This document shows, piece after piece, positions 18,380 through 28,046 of a stretch of 64,000 bases of DNA. This DNA comes from a virus (lineage: Duplodnaviria > Caudoviricetes). The first letter of the stretch is position 1. The number at the start of each line of letters is the position of its first letter. The notes beneath the pieces were generated by a model. It worked only from the letters and a program-made list of their open reading frames with translations. It did not search any database and had not been told where the DNA came from. The position numbers and the translations under genes are program-made. Location of the stretch: positions 1 through 64,000 of the IMG/VR virus record IMGVR_UViG_3300033072_000232. One strand, 5' to 3'.

Positions 18380-18607
18380 GTACCGTTCGTCAAGAAAGTT
18401 ATAAACTTTATACAAGACTGATTTAAACGGCCTACAAGGTGTTTTAAGCAAGCTAGGCTACGTTTGTATTCCCTAGAGCAAACAAACGCTTCTACGATGG
18501 TTTAAACGCTTCCTAGACGTACTGTGTAAGCACTGGTTTGAAGTATACACCAGAAATCATAGGAAACATCAGGAATTTCTACCTTAGTTTTATACTATCG
18601 TTAGAAT

Positions 18608-18640
18608 TTACTTGATTATAAATTTATATCATGATAAAAT
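18608..18640 (+). promoter_or_regulatory. Promoter of the TTACTTGA-17-TGnTAAAAT family (head operon)
   Basis: TTAC TTGATT 17 nt TAAAAT. Confidence 0.75.
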
Positions 18641-18685
18641 TATATTTAATTGTGGCTTGTCCACAACACAAACAAAGGAGTATCA

Positions 18686-19432
18686 ATGACAGCTATTACT
18701 GTAACTGAAGCTATTAAAAATAATCAGATGCGCGGCATTGCCCTTGGTACTAAGTTCGGTTACGAAGTAAAAGTAATTAAGGATTTTGATTCAGAGTTAT
18801 CTATTGATGATATTAGGATTCTTTATCAGAAACTATCTTCATTAGAAAAAAGCTATAAGCCTTTACAACGGTTAGATGAGAATAACAAACTAACAAAATC
18901 TACCGTTGAATTTTTAGCTAATGGTGGCTCTGCTGCTTTAGCTTTTTCTAGGCTTGAATTGCGTAAAGCAGGTATTCTAAAAAGTTACTCTAAAGATATT
19001 CCTGATTCTGAACTTAATAAAGAAGAAGAATTACCAAAGATTGAAATGCAAGTAGCTAAAGCATTAAATGAAGAATTGATGCAAGTAACCTATGTTGCAA
19101 TGAAAGCAGACAGTACAGATTTACACGGTGACTATACAACTGCTGATGAAGTACGCAAGGCTAAAGAATCATTTAATAAAGCACTGATTCAGAAGCAAAC
19201 AATGTCTAATCTGTTTCATATGTTTGAGACAACATCCTTCGATGTTATAGAGAGCTATCTAGCACCTGCTGATATGTCTTTAAATGGTAATCTTGTACAG
19301 AAATCAGACTGGCTTATGACATTGCAAATAAATGACGAGTCTCTTTGGAATATGGTTAAAAAAGGTGAAGTAGTAGGATTATCAATCGGTGCTGTTGCTT
19401 CTGTTGAAACAATTGAAGAAAGTAAAGAATGA
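18686..19432 (+). CDS. Prohead maturation protease (XkdF-like)
   Basis: DLHGD..FNK..NLFH..VIESYLAP..WL..W..VKKGE..GLSIGA; SD AAGGAG before ATG 18686. Confidence 0.8.
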   Translation: MTAITVTEAIKNNQMRGIALGTKFGYEVKVIKDFDSELSIDDIRILYQKLSSLEKSYKPLQRLDENNKLTKSTVEFLANGGSAALAFSRLELRKAGILKSYSKDIPDSELNKEEELPKIEMQVAKALNEELMQVTYVAMKADSTDLHGDYTTADEVRKAKESFNKALIQKQTMSNLFHMFETTSFDVIESYLAPADMSLNGNLVQKSDWLMTLQINDESLWNMVKKGEVVGLSIGAVASVETIEESKE

Positions 19433-20499
19433 AACCTAAACGCAAACTAAGTAATATTGATTTCAGCAAAGATGGTGCACATATTGCACTATGCCATAAA
19501 GATCAAGGTGTGGCAAACGGTGCTGATTATGCGCTTGTACTGAAAGCCCAAACATTCTCTGATGAATTTATTGAGAAGATTCAGCAAGTAAAAGTAACGA
19601 TGGAACTTCCAGATTTCCTATCAAAATTCTTCGGCATTTATGAGTCTGATGCTGAAATCTTAGCTTATATGATGGGTTATGTAGAGCCTGTAGAAACCCA
19701 AGCTGATGAGAAGATGGAAGCTGAAGAAGATTTTCAAGATTGGGTTAAGTCTAGGATGGAATCTTTTGAGATTATTAAGTCATTAGCAGAGACAGATAAC
19801 TTTACTTCTGTTCTATCTGGACTTACTGAAGATGAGTATCTGTCTATTGTGAACGATCAAGCAATGCTAGAAAAAGCATTTACTAAAGCTGAAAAACAAA
19901 AACAAGAACTTGAAGCTAAGACTAAACTAGAAAAACAAAAACCTAAAGTCAAAGCTGTTAAGTCAATCAAAGAATCTCCTGCGGTTACTACTGTAACACA
20001 GGCTGATGTTAATGCCTCTACCGTGCAGCACGAGGTTAAAGAAGGTAAGGGCAACAGCCCTGTTGTTAAATCAAAATCTAAGGAAAAACTAATGCCTGAT
20101 GTAAAAGTAGTCGAGCAAGTAGTGGAAACTGAAATGATTGAGAAAAGTCAATTTGATGCTATTCAAAAGCAAGCAAATGAAACTCAAGAGCTTCTGAAGT
20201 CTGCTATGCAAGAACTAGAACTATTTAAAGCAGAAAAACAAGCACTTATTGTGAAAGCTCGTAAACAAGCTGTAGCAGATGTACTTAAAGATGCAGCTAA
20301 GTCTGATGCTTTATTTAATGCAATCCAAACTCTAAATGACGAGCAATTTGATTCAGTAGTTTCTGTAATCAAGTCTCTATCCGAACAAGTAGAGAAATCT
20401 GAAATGTTCACTGAAAAAGGTGTTACTGTAGAAGAAACAGTAGAAGCACCACAAGAATCTGCTGTAGCCCGAATCTTGAAATCACAATTCTCTAAGTAA
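19429..20499 (+). CDS. Scaffolding/head assembly protein
   Basis: Between protease and decoration/capsid genes; long charged coiled coil. Confidence 0.65.
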   Translation: MKPKRKLSNIDFSKDGAHIALCHKDQGVANGADYALVLKAQTFSDEFIEKIQQVKVTMELPDFLSKFFGIYESDAEILAYMMGYVEPVETQADEKMEAEEDFQDWVKSRMESFEIIKSLAETDNFTSVLSGLTEDEYLSIVNDQAMLEKAFTKAEKQKQELEAKTKLEKQKPKVKAVKSIKESPAVTTVTQADVNASTVQHEVKEGKGNSPVVKSKSKEKLMPDVKVVEQVVETEMIEKSQFDAIQKQANETQELLKSAMQELELFKAEKQALIVKARKQAVADVLKDAAKSDALFNAIQTLNDEQFDSVVSVIKSLSEQVEKSEMFTEKGVTVEETVEAPQESAVARILKSQFSK

Positions 20500-20514
20500 T
20501 AAGGAAATTATAAA

Positions 20515-20913
20515 ATGACAATTCTTGCAACTGACACAAAACGCCTAAGCAATCTGCTGAAGGCTGAACTCTGGGCAGAGCTAGGCTATTGCCGCGAAGT
20601 CGTTACCGTAAACGAAGCTGCTGCTAAAACATACGCTGTTGGTACAGTACTAGGTAAAGTAACCGCTGATGGTAAATATAAGATTGCAGTACAAACTGCT
20701 GTGGACGGTAGTGATGCTGCTGCAGCTATCGTACTGGAAGATAAAGCAATTGCAGCTACTACTGATACTAAGCTAGTAGTTCTTGTAAAAGGCCCTGCTG
20801 CTATTTCCAAAGGTGCTCTAGTTCTAGACGCATCATACAACCTAGATGCAGAAAAGAATGTTGTATACGCTGCTCTAGAAGCCAAGAACATTCAAGTTCT
20901 TGAAACTGTTTAA
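20515..20913 (+). CDS. Head decoration protein (lambda gpD-like)
   Basis: GTVLGKVTADGKY...DGSDAAAAIVL directly before the capsid gene. Confidence 0.8.
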   Translation: MTILATDTKRLSNLLKAELWAELGYCREVVTVNEAAAKTYAVGTVLGKVTADGKYKIAVQTAVDGSDAAAAIVLEDKAIAATTDTKLVVLVKGPAAISKGALVLDASYNLDAEKNVVYAALEAKNIQVLETV

Positions 20914-20929
20914 TATAAGGAGCATATAA

Positions 20930-21958
20930 ATGCCTATTACACGTTCATATACTAATGCTTTCGACGTTGTTGATTATACAGCCGAATTAGCCCTCGTGCC
21001 CACTAAGTGGTCGCTACTAAACGATGCCGGTGTTTTCAGTGAAGAATCCGTAGCTACCAATACTGTCACCTTTGAGGAAATTTCTCAGACAGCCACTCTG
21101 ATTGGCGACCAATTCCGTGGTGCAAAACCTCAAGCAAATAGTGACGACTCTCGTAAGATTCATGCTTACAATATCGCTCACTTCCCTGTTGTTGATTATA
21201 TCACCCCTGCCGACATTCAAGGCAAACGGGCATATGGCTCTACAGATGCTGCTGAGACGGAGGCGGCGGTGCTTGCCCGGAAGATGGCTCGTATTTCACG
21301 CGCAATGGATGATACTCTAGAACTTGCACGTTTCCGCACACTAGCTACTCTTACAGCCTATACCCCTAACGGTACTATTACTGCTTCTAACTTTGCTACC
21401 GATTTTGGTGTAACCCAAAAGACTGTTGACTTTGTACTAAGTACAGCAGGTACTGACATTATCGGCAAGACGGAAGAGGTCGTGGCCCACATTCAAGATA
21501 ACGCACAAGGTACTAACGTAACTGGTGTTATTGGTTATGCTTCTCCTGAATATTTTGCAAAGCTAATTGCTCATGCTAAAGTAACTCAGGCGTATCAGTA
21601 CTACCAAGCAGTCGCTGGTCAGGAGATTCTACGAAATCGTGCTGGTAACGACATGAGCATGTATCGTACTTTCACTTACGGTGGTGTGAAGTTCATTGAA
21701 GTTCGTGGTTCCATTGGTGGTGTTCGTCTAGTCCCAGCTAACGATTGTATCTTTGTCCCTCAAGGTGCAGACGATATGTTCGTAACGTACTTCGGCAATG
21801 GTAACAAGATGGATTTGGTTAACACATTAGGTGAGAAACGCTACCTGTGGGTTTATCGCAGTCCTAAAGGTGAATCAATTGACATTGAAGCTGAGTCTAA
21901 CTTCATCAACATTGTTCGCCGTCCAGCACTGGTTGTGCGCGGTCTGACTTCTAACTAA
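20930..21958 (+). CDS. Major capsid protein (lambda gpE-like)
   Basis: 342 aa after the decoration gene, followed by a strong terminator. Confidence 0.88.
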   Translation: MPITRSYTNAFDVVDYTAELALVPTKWSLLNDAGVFSEESVATNTVTFEEISQTATLIGDQFRGAKPQANSDDSRKIHAYNIAHFPVVDYITPADIQGKRAYGSTDAAETEAAVLARKMARISRAMDDTLELARFRTLATLTAYTPNGTITASNFATDFGVTQKTVDFVLSTAGTDIIGKTEEVVAHIQDNAQGTNVTGVIGYASPEYFAKLIAHAKVTQAYQYYQAVAGQEILRNRAGNDMSMYRTFTYGGVKFIEVRGSIGGVRLVPANDCIFVPQGADDMFVTYFGNGNKMDLVNTLGEKRYLWVYRSPKGESIDIEAESNFINIVRRPALVVRGLTSN

Positions 21959-21975
21959 TACTTAGATTGTAGCTC

Positions 21976-22000
21976 AAAGGGATTCTTCGGAGTCCCTTTT
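21976..22000 (+). terminator. Rho-independent terminator (UUCG loop)
   Basis: AAAGGGATTC-TTCG-GAGTCCCTTT-T; extended -10 TGGTATAAT follows at 22002-22010. Confidence 0.85.
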
Positions 22001-22019
22001 ATGGTATAATTTGGTTTTA

Positions 22020-22086
22020 ACTCATGGCTAGGCTGATCCCCGAAAAGAGAACTATCCACTCTCCTGCCACTGAGTAATTGGTGGAT
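22020..22086 (+). promoter_or_regulatory. Structured RNA leader, copy 2
   Basis: ACTCATGGC/GCCA(C)TGAGT, GG/CC, GAAAAG, GAGA/TCTC with loop ACTATCCAC pairing to GTGGAT. Confidence 0.6.
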
Positions 22087-22101
22087 GTTTCGGGAGAAGC
22101 T

Positions 22102-23151
22102 ATGGAAGAAAAGTTACACTATGTGTATGTTCATTTACTAGATGGTAACATTAGATATGTCGGCATTGGCAGGAAATATCAAAATGATACTAAATATACT
22201 CGTGCAAATATCTTCAGTCCAAGTGTAAGAACTAAAGAGTGGCGAGCTATATTTAAAGATACAAAACCAGAGGTTAAGATTCTTGAAGAAAATTTAGAGT
22301 ACATGGATGCAATATCCCTTGAGAATTACATATATCATTCATGTAAAGAAAATAATTTAGCGAATATTACAGAACCAAAACCTGTTGCTGAATTGGATTA
22401 CAAGTATTTTAAACACTGGTTTTATGTTGATGAAACAAGTCCATCAGGATTACGCGTTAACACATCACATAAGAACAACCAAATGTCCAATCGACATGAT
22501 GTGGCGGGAAGTATCGCCACAACTGTACAAGGTAAATCGTATTGGCGGGTCAAAGCAAATGGTATAGGTTATCTCGCTCACAGAGTTGTATACCTACTTT
22601 CATATGGTAAGATTAGTTCTACAAAAGTTATCAACCATATTGATGGTAATGGTCTTAATAACTCACTATCTAATCTTGAAGAAATCTCACAAGAACTAAA
22701 CTGCTACAAGAAGAAAAATACAGTTTTGAATAATGTAGGTATCAAAGGAGCCTCATTTGTTAAATACAAAGGTAAAACTGTTAGTATTTCAGCTAAGTTT
22801 TGTAGAGTTACTAAATCCTTTTGCATTGATTTATTTGGAGATATTGACTCAACAATAAGTGCGGTGTTACGTTGGCAGATGTATCAACAATATAAAGCAG
22901 GTATGCTTCAGTATAAAGATATTGAACCAATCCTCCATCTTTTGCTAGAAGATAAGAGAAAAACTGATGGCGTACAAGGTAAGTATCAACCATTGGAATT
23001 GAAATCTGGGCTATGGAGTGTCAGAGTACCAAATGGCCCATCTGTAAAGTATTCAACACTTACTGGTTTCAGTTCAAAGATTGAAGCTGAGGTAGCTAGA
23101 GATTTATATATCAAAGAACTTAATGAGAAGTTAATTACTTCTTTAGACTAA
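22102..23151 (+). CDS. Free-standing homing endonuclease: GIY-YIG-like plus HNH domains
   Basis: HYVYVH..RYVGIG..RA; VDETSPSGLR..AHRVVY..INHIDGNGLNNSLSNL; likely start ATG 22102. Confidence 0.85.
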   Translation: MEEKLHYVYVHLLDGNIRYVGIGRKYQNDTKYTRANIFSPSVRTKEWRAIFKDTKPEVKILEENLEYMDAISLENYIYHSCKENNLANITEPKPVAELDYKYFKHWFYVDETSPSGLRVNTSHKNNQMSNRHDVAGSIATTVQGKSYWRVKANGIGYLAHRVVYLLSYGKISSTKVINHIDGNGLNNSLSNLEEISQELNCYKKKNTVLNNVGIKGASFVKYKGKTVSISAKFCRVTKSFCIDLFGDIDSTISAVLRWQMYQQYKAGMLQYKDIEPILHLLLEDKRKTDGVQGKYQPLELKSGLWSVRVPNGPSVKYSTLTGFSSKIEAEVARDLYIKELNEKLITSLD

Positions 23152-23160
23152 AGGAAAACA

Positions 23161-23601
23161 ATGGCTACATCTACTGAAATTCTATACGTTCGTTATGAAC
23201 TAGCAGATACTGACCCTGCTTTACCTTTAATGTCAGATGATGAGATAGATTATTTTCTGACCAAACACTCAGGTTCTATCCCAAGAGCAAGTATTGATGT
23301 AGCTCGTGCTGCTTTGTTTAAACTAAGCATGAATTCCAATGATGAGCAAGTTGATATATTCTCCATCAAAGGCTCAAAAAGTTCAAATGCGTATAAAGAA
23401 GCACTGATGTTATACATCAAGAACAATGCTCTGAATCCAATTAACCAAACATTAAGTGGCTATGTAGGTGGTGTATATAAAGATGATATGCTAGCTAATG
23501 ACTTGGATACTAACAACAATTTAGTACCTAATCCTTCTAGCGATACATTAGTTATTAAAGTATCTTCACCGTTATCTGAATCTGATTACTTTTCTGCGTG
23601 A
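23161..23601 (+). CDS. Head-tail connector (adaptor)
   Basis: VRYELADTD...MSDDEIDYFL; position after capsid. Confidence 0.7.
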   Translation: MATSTEILYVRYELADTDPALPLMSDDEIDYFLTKHSGSIPRASIDVARAALFKLSMNSNDEQVDIFSIKGSKSSNAYKEALMLYIKNNALNPINQTLSGYVGGVYKDDMLANDLDTNNNLVPNPSSDTLVIKVSSPLSESDYFSA

Positions 23602-23608
23602 GGATTAG

Positions 23609-23968
23609 ATGAATAAATTCTTACTAGCAGCTAAGAACGCAATAAACAAGCACGGTACTACTTGTAGCTACATTAAAGTAACTCAAGGTACTTATGATGT
23701 AAGCCTAGGTAGTGTTACAAATACTGAGACTTCCGTAAGTATTAAAGCATATAAGAAACATCTGAAAGCTACTCAGTTTAGCTATCCTAACTTGATCGGA
23801 AAAGACATTGCTTTATTTTATATTACCGCTGATTCCCTTGTGGTTTATTCTCCCGATACCAATGACAAAATCACTTTCGGTTCAAACACCTATACAGTCG
23901 ATCAAGTCCAAGAACATTCCGCACTCGGAGAAGTAGTCCTTTATCGTATTCTTGCTGTTAAGGGTTGA
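23609..23968 (+). CDS. Head closure/stopper protein
   Basis: TYD..LGSVT...DKITFG..YTV; synteny. Confidence 0.6.
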   Translation: MNKFLLAAKNAINKHGTTCSYIKVTQGTYDVSLGSVTNTETSVSIKAYKKHLKATQFSYPNLIGKDIALFYITADSLVVYSPDTNDKITFGSNTYTVDQVQEHSALGEVVLYRILAVKG

Positions 23969-24459
23969 TTATGATTAAAGCTAGTACAACTAAAATAGAA
24001 CAACAACTAGCTGAATATAAAGCAACAGTAGAACGCAAACTAAAACACATGGTTACTAAGTTTGCGTATGAGATAGCACAGACCGCAATAGGATTTACTC
24101 CTTTAGGTGATGCAAGTGAAGGTTCAAGGTATGAGTGGTTATATAAGCTACGTACTGACCTACCACAAGAAGAAGGTATTGCCAGAGGTAATTGGAGATT
24201 TAGCTTTGATAAGAATGTGGATGTTCAAGAAATATCAGGGAAAGACTCTGGAAGTGAAGCATTAAGATTATTCCAATCTCAAGCAAGTGCTTATAAGCTA
24301 GGTCAGACTTTCTATATCTTAAACTCTGCACCTTATATCTCTGCTCTGGAGGTTGATTCTTCACTACAAACTAATGGACAAGGTATTGAGAAACCTACTA
24401 ATGATTTAGTAATGGCTACTTACAAAGCTAACCTACAAGAATACTATAAACAAGGATAA
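23965..24459 (+). CDS. Tail completion/neck protein (HK97 gp10-like)
   Basis: FTP...G.ARGNW...YILNSAPYISALE. Confidence 0.7.
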   Translation: MIMIKASTTKIEQQLAEYKATVERKLKHMVTKFAYEIAQTAIGFTPLGDASEGSRYEWLYKLRTDLPQEEGIARGNWRFSFDKNVDVQEISGKDSGSEALRLFQSQASAYKLGQTFYILNSAPYISALEVDSSLQTNGQGIEKPTNDLVMATYKANLQEYYKQG

Positions 24460-24460
24460 C

Positions 24461-24868
24461 ATGACTTCACCTATTCTATCTACAAAGAAAGCAGCGGAAG
24501 CAAGGTTAGCTACGTTGAGTATCCCTACTGCGTATGAAAACGCTGAATTTAAACCTACATCAGGTCAGAAGTATTTGCATGTTCAATTTGATATTCGTAC
24601 TCCTGATGACCCTGTAATTGGGGATGTTTACTACAGAGAAAGAATATCATTTCAGGTATTTGTTTGTGATGTATTAAACAAAGGTACTGCTAGTGCTATT
24701 ACTACAGCAGAACAAATCAGAGACTTATTCAAGAAGGGTACTTCTCTGACTCAGGATGGTTACAGTATTTATGTATTGGAAACTCCTAGGATTTCAGGGT
24801 CTATTAAGACTAATGATCGACTTGTATTACCGGTGCTAATAGACTTAGTAGTGGACGTGTTCTTATGA
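24461..24868 (+). CDS. Tail terminator protein
   Basis: AYENAEFKP...FQVFV...GT..A...AEQIRDLFKKG; precedes tail tube. Confidence 0.7.
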   Translation: MTSPILSTKKAAEARLATLSIPTAYENAEFKPTSGQKYLHVQFDIRTPDDPVIGDVYYRERISFQVFVCDVLNKGTASAITTAEQIRDLFKKGTSLTQDGYSIYVLETPRISGSIKTNDRLVLPVLIDLVVDVFL

Positions 24869-25758
24869 AATATGTGGTTTACGTTCACAAGGATAACTGT
24901 GGAACTATATTCTATGTTGGGCATGGGACTATGAAAAGAGCCTACAGTCTTGAGCTATCCGAAACCTCTGGTAAAGGAACTGGTCGCGGTAAGAAATACT
25001 CAGAGTTTGTAAAGTCTATTTCTTTTGATTATACTTGTGAAGTAATTAAATCCAATATGACTAAGAAAGAGGCGGAAGAGTATGAGTGCAATTTATATGA
25101 TGTTCTAATAGAAAAATACGCACTTGTAAACAGTAATAGACCTAGTATTCAGTTTGATTTTTCTAAAGCTGAATTAGATGAACGATTTGTTTACGATGAA
25201 ACCTCACCATCTTGTCTAAGATGGAGATTCGACAGATTTAATAAGTGTAAAGTTAAGGTGGCATCATCTGGTGACTGCGCTGGGCATTTAGCAGCAAATG
25301 GGTATTATGTTGTAAAATTTAATAACAGAACAATAAAAATACACAGGATAATTGCAACAATTTTTAACTTAGATATTGAAAATAAATTTATTGATCATAT
25401 AAACGGTTGTAGATCGGACAATAGACTATTAAATTTACGAGCTGTTACCCCTCTTGAGAACTCACATAATAAGAGAATTTCAAAGAACTCAAGTTCTGGT
25501 ATACCGGGAGTAACTTACTCTGCTAGGTATGATAGGTGGCGTGCATCTATAAGTTATGACGATAAAGAACATTGTACGTACTTCTCTTGTAAGAAGCATG
25601 GGTTCGATGCTGCAAGAGATTTAGCAATCTCATACAGATTAGCACAACTTAATCTACTCAAAGAAAATGGTGTCAAGTACACCGATAGACACCTAGGTGT
25701 AGAACAGGAACCTGAACCTGATAATCAGGTCATTTTGCAAAATGAAAATTTAAATTAA
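24865..25758 (+). CDS. Free-standing homing endonuclease: GIY-YIG-like plus HNH plus AP2-like
   Basis: YVVYVH..FYVGHG..RA..EAEEYE; YDETSPSCLRW..IHRII..IDHINGCRSDNRLLNL..SGIPGV..WRASI. Confidence 0.85.
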   Translation: MKYVVYVHKDNCGTIFYVGHGTMKRAYSLELSETSGKGTGRGKKYSEFVKSISFDYTCEVIKSNMTKKEAEEYECNLYDVLIEKYALVNSNRPSIQFDFSKAELDERFVYDETSPSCLRWRFDRFNKCKVKVASSGDCAGHLAANGYYVVKFNNRTIKIHRIIATIFNLDIENKFIDHINGCRSDNRLLNLRAVTPLENSHNKRISKNSSSGIPGVTYSARYDRWRASISYDDKEHCTYFSCKKHGFDAARDLAISYRLAQLNLLKENGVKYTDRHLGVEQEPEPDNQVILQNENLN

Positions 25759-25769
25759 GGAAATAAAAT

Positions 25770-26984
25770 ATGGCAACATTAGCTCGTGGCGTTTCAAAAC
25801 GCTTAGCATATAAAAAAGAAGGTAATGGTTGGGGTGTACTAGCTGGTGATACTGGTGGTAAAGTACTTCGTCGAGTAACATCTGACTTCAATCTTACGAA
25901 AGAAAATTACACGTCAAATGAGGTGCGTCCTGATATGCAAGTAGCCACCTTTGAGCACGGTGTACGCAGTGCAACTGGTAGTCTAAGTGGTGAACTATCC
26001 CCAGGTACTTATGTTGATTTCATGGGCAGTTTGGTGGCTAAGGATTTCGTTGCAGTTACAGCAATTACTGGGGTGAGCATTACTATTGCTACATCAGGTT
26101 CTTTGTTTACTCTAACCCGTGCAGCTGGTTCATTCGTATCTGGTGGTATTATGGTAGGTGATATTGTGCGCCTAACCGCTGGTACATTCAATGCCGCTAA
26201 CTCAAATAACAACTTACTGGTAGTTGCTGTTACAGCACTAGCACTTACCGTACGTGTACTGTCTAGTACTACTCTAGTAGCCGAAGGTCCGATTGCCTCT
26301 GCAACTCTTTCAGTAATCGGTAAGAAAACTGAAGTACCTCTAACAGGTCATACTGATCAGTCTTATTCTATCGAAGAATTCTATCAGGATATTGCTCAAT
26401 CTGAAGTATACACTGGTAATAAAGTAGGTAGTATGGCTGTGTCTATGCCTGCTACTGGTTTTGCTACGGTAGACTTCTCATTCATGGGTAAAGACCTTGG
26501 TCTGACAGGTACTACTGGTTACTTCACTACTCCTACTGCTGCATCTACTACTGGTGTTGTTGCTGGCGTAAACGGTGCTGTAGTAGTTAACGGTACTCCT
26601 GTTGCTGTTATTACTGATGCTAACTTTACGGTTGACCGTCAGATGGAAGGTGCTACTGTACTAGGTAGTAACTCACAAGCAGAAATCTTTACTGGTACTA
26701 TCGGTGCTACTGGCTCTATGTCAGTATACTTCCAAGACGCTACGTTCCGCAGTTTCTTTGAAGCAGCTACTGAAGTATCTGTTGTGTTTGCACTTACCAC
26801 TGGCTCCGGTAAAGTAGCTGATGCTGTTAGCTTTACTTTCCCCCGTGTGAAGGTGAATTCTTTCACTAAGTCAGATACGGCAATGGGTTTGACCGCTTCT
26901 TGTGATTTTACAGCATTGCTAAACAGCACATCAGGCACAGGTCTACCTCTGACTACTATCCAGATTCAGGATACTTTAGCTTAA
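25770..26984 (+). CDS. Major tail tube protein
   Basis: 404 aa Gly/Thr-rich, followed by a terminator and the chaperone genes. Confidence 0.8.
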   Translation: MATLARGVSKRLAYKKEGNGWGVLAGDTGGKVLRRVTSDFNLTKENYTSNEVRPDMQVATFEHGVRSATGSLSGELSPGTYVDFMGSLVAKDFVAVTAITGVSITIATSGSLFTLTRAAGSFVSGGIMVGDIVRLTAGTFNAANSNNNLLVVAVTALALTVRVLSSTTLVAEGPIASATLSVIGKKTEVPLTGHTDQSYSIEEFYQDIAQSEVYTGNKVGSMAVSMPATGFATVDFSFMGKDLGLTGTTGYFTTPTAASTTGVVAGVNGAVVVNGTPVAVITDANFTVDRQMEGATVLGSNSQAEIFTGTIGATGSMSVYFQDATFRSFFEAATEVSVVFALTTGSGKVADAVSFTFPRVKVNSFTKSDTAMGLTASCDFTALLNSTSGTGLPLTTIQIQDTLA

Positions 26985-27001
26985 TTAAAAGCTAACTAAC
27001 G

Positions 27002-27034
27002 AACCTCCTTGGTGAAAGCCTTGGGGGTTTTCTT
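27002..27034 (+). terminator. Rho-independent terminator
   Basis: AACCTCC...GGGGGTT plus T tract. Confidence 0.65.
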
Positions 27035-27064
27035 ATTTGTACTTAGCATACATAACGTCGTTAC

Positions 27065-27097
27065 TTACTTGATTATTCCTTGACTGCATGATAAAAT
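27065..27097 (+). promoter_or_regulatory. Promoter of the TTACTTGA-17-TGnTAAAAT family (tail operon)
   Basis: TTAC TTGATT 17 nt TAAAAT. Confidence 0.75.
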
Positions 27098-27188
27098 AGT
27101 TTCTTAGGTTAGCTAATTATAGAAGTGATTAGCTATTTTATTAACTGAAAAGAGAGCAAATCTTTTGATTTGTGAAAAGGAGAATTAT

Positions 27189-27614
27189 ATGGCAACAGCA
27201 AAAATGTTTGATTTAACAAAGAACGATCTATCTAAGGTAGCAGAAGCAGGTTATGAATTTGAGCTACTACTTCCCGGTAGTCTAGAACCTACTGGTGCTT
27301 TCATTACTGTACGTGGAGAACAGTCAGCTACTGTAAAAGCATACGGTCGTAAGAAATTCATGGAATACCAACAGAAGCAAAAGATTGCCAAGCGAAAGGG
27401 CAAGGATGATGACTTCGATCTAGACGAAGCAGAAGATGTTTCTATTGAGTCTGCATTTATTCGCATGATTGGTTGGAAAGGTATTGCTGAAGATGGTAAA
27501 GCAGTTGAATTCAACGAGGCCAACGTCAAGCGTATTCTGAAGCAGCACCCGTGGATTAAAGAACAGATTACTGAAGCTAGTTCTGAGTTGCTAAATTTTC
27601 AACCGAAGACCTAA
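27189..27614 (+). CDS. Tail assembly chaperone (gpG-like)
   Basis: Between tube and tape measure; AAGGAG SD before ATG 27189. Confidence 0.8.
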   Translation: MATAKMFDLTKNDLSKVAEAGYEFELLLPGSLEPTGAFITVRGEQSATVKAYGRKKFMEYQQKQKIAKRKGKDDDFDLDEAEDVSIESAFIRMIGWKGIAEDGKAVEFNEANVKRILKQHPWIKEQITEASSELLNFQPKT

Positions 27615-28003
27615 ATGAATTAGCTGAGTTTGCTGAACAAGAGTTTAGGTTAGGTTCAGCAAACGACCCAGAATCACTTAGGTCTAAGCTATTAAGCGTA
27701 GAAAGACAGACAGGAAATACACCAGCAGAATTAGAAGATTTATTAGAATTACCTGAAATCAGTTATATGATTTGGAGTTATTTTATTGATCTAAATAATG
27801 CTAGACAATCTGGCATGAGTGTAAATCCTATTAGTTATTCAGAGATAGATGCTTACTTTAGATTAAATGATATTGTACCGTTTGATTTTGAAGTAAAAGC
27901 TATCAAGACTTTGGATAACATAATGCTGAAAGTCTACTCTGAAAGGCAAAAAGAAGAGCAAGCGGATGCTGCAAATAAGCAGAAAGCTAAAGGTAAGAAG
28001 TAA
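27593..28003 (+). CDS. Tail assembly chaperone gpT part, reached by -1 frameshift at A AAT TTT (27593-27599)
   Basis: X XXY YYZ heptamer in frame; the -1 frame is open (STEDLNELAEFAEQEF...) into ORF 27767-28003. Confidence 0.8.
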   Translation, partial: KFSTEDLNELAEFAEQEFRLGSANDPESLRSKLLSVERQTGNTPAELEDLLELPEISYMIWSYFIDLNNARQSGMSVNPISYSEIDAYFRLNDIVPFDFEVKAIKTLDNIMLKVYSERQKEEQADAANKQKAKGKK

Positions 28004-28011
28004 ATAACATT

Positions 28012-28046
28012 AACCTTCGTTTGTCTTAGATGAACGAGGGTTTTTC
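28012..28046 (+). terminator. Rho-independent terminator
   Basis: AACCTTCGTTT/GAACGAGGGTT plus T tract. Confidence 0.7.

Noticed and set aside
22033-22046. CTGATCCCCGAAA resembling a hammerhead core
   Set aside because: Lacks CUGAnGA and stem II/III geometry; copy 1 has no such motif
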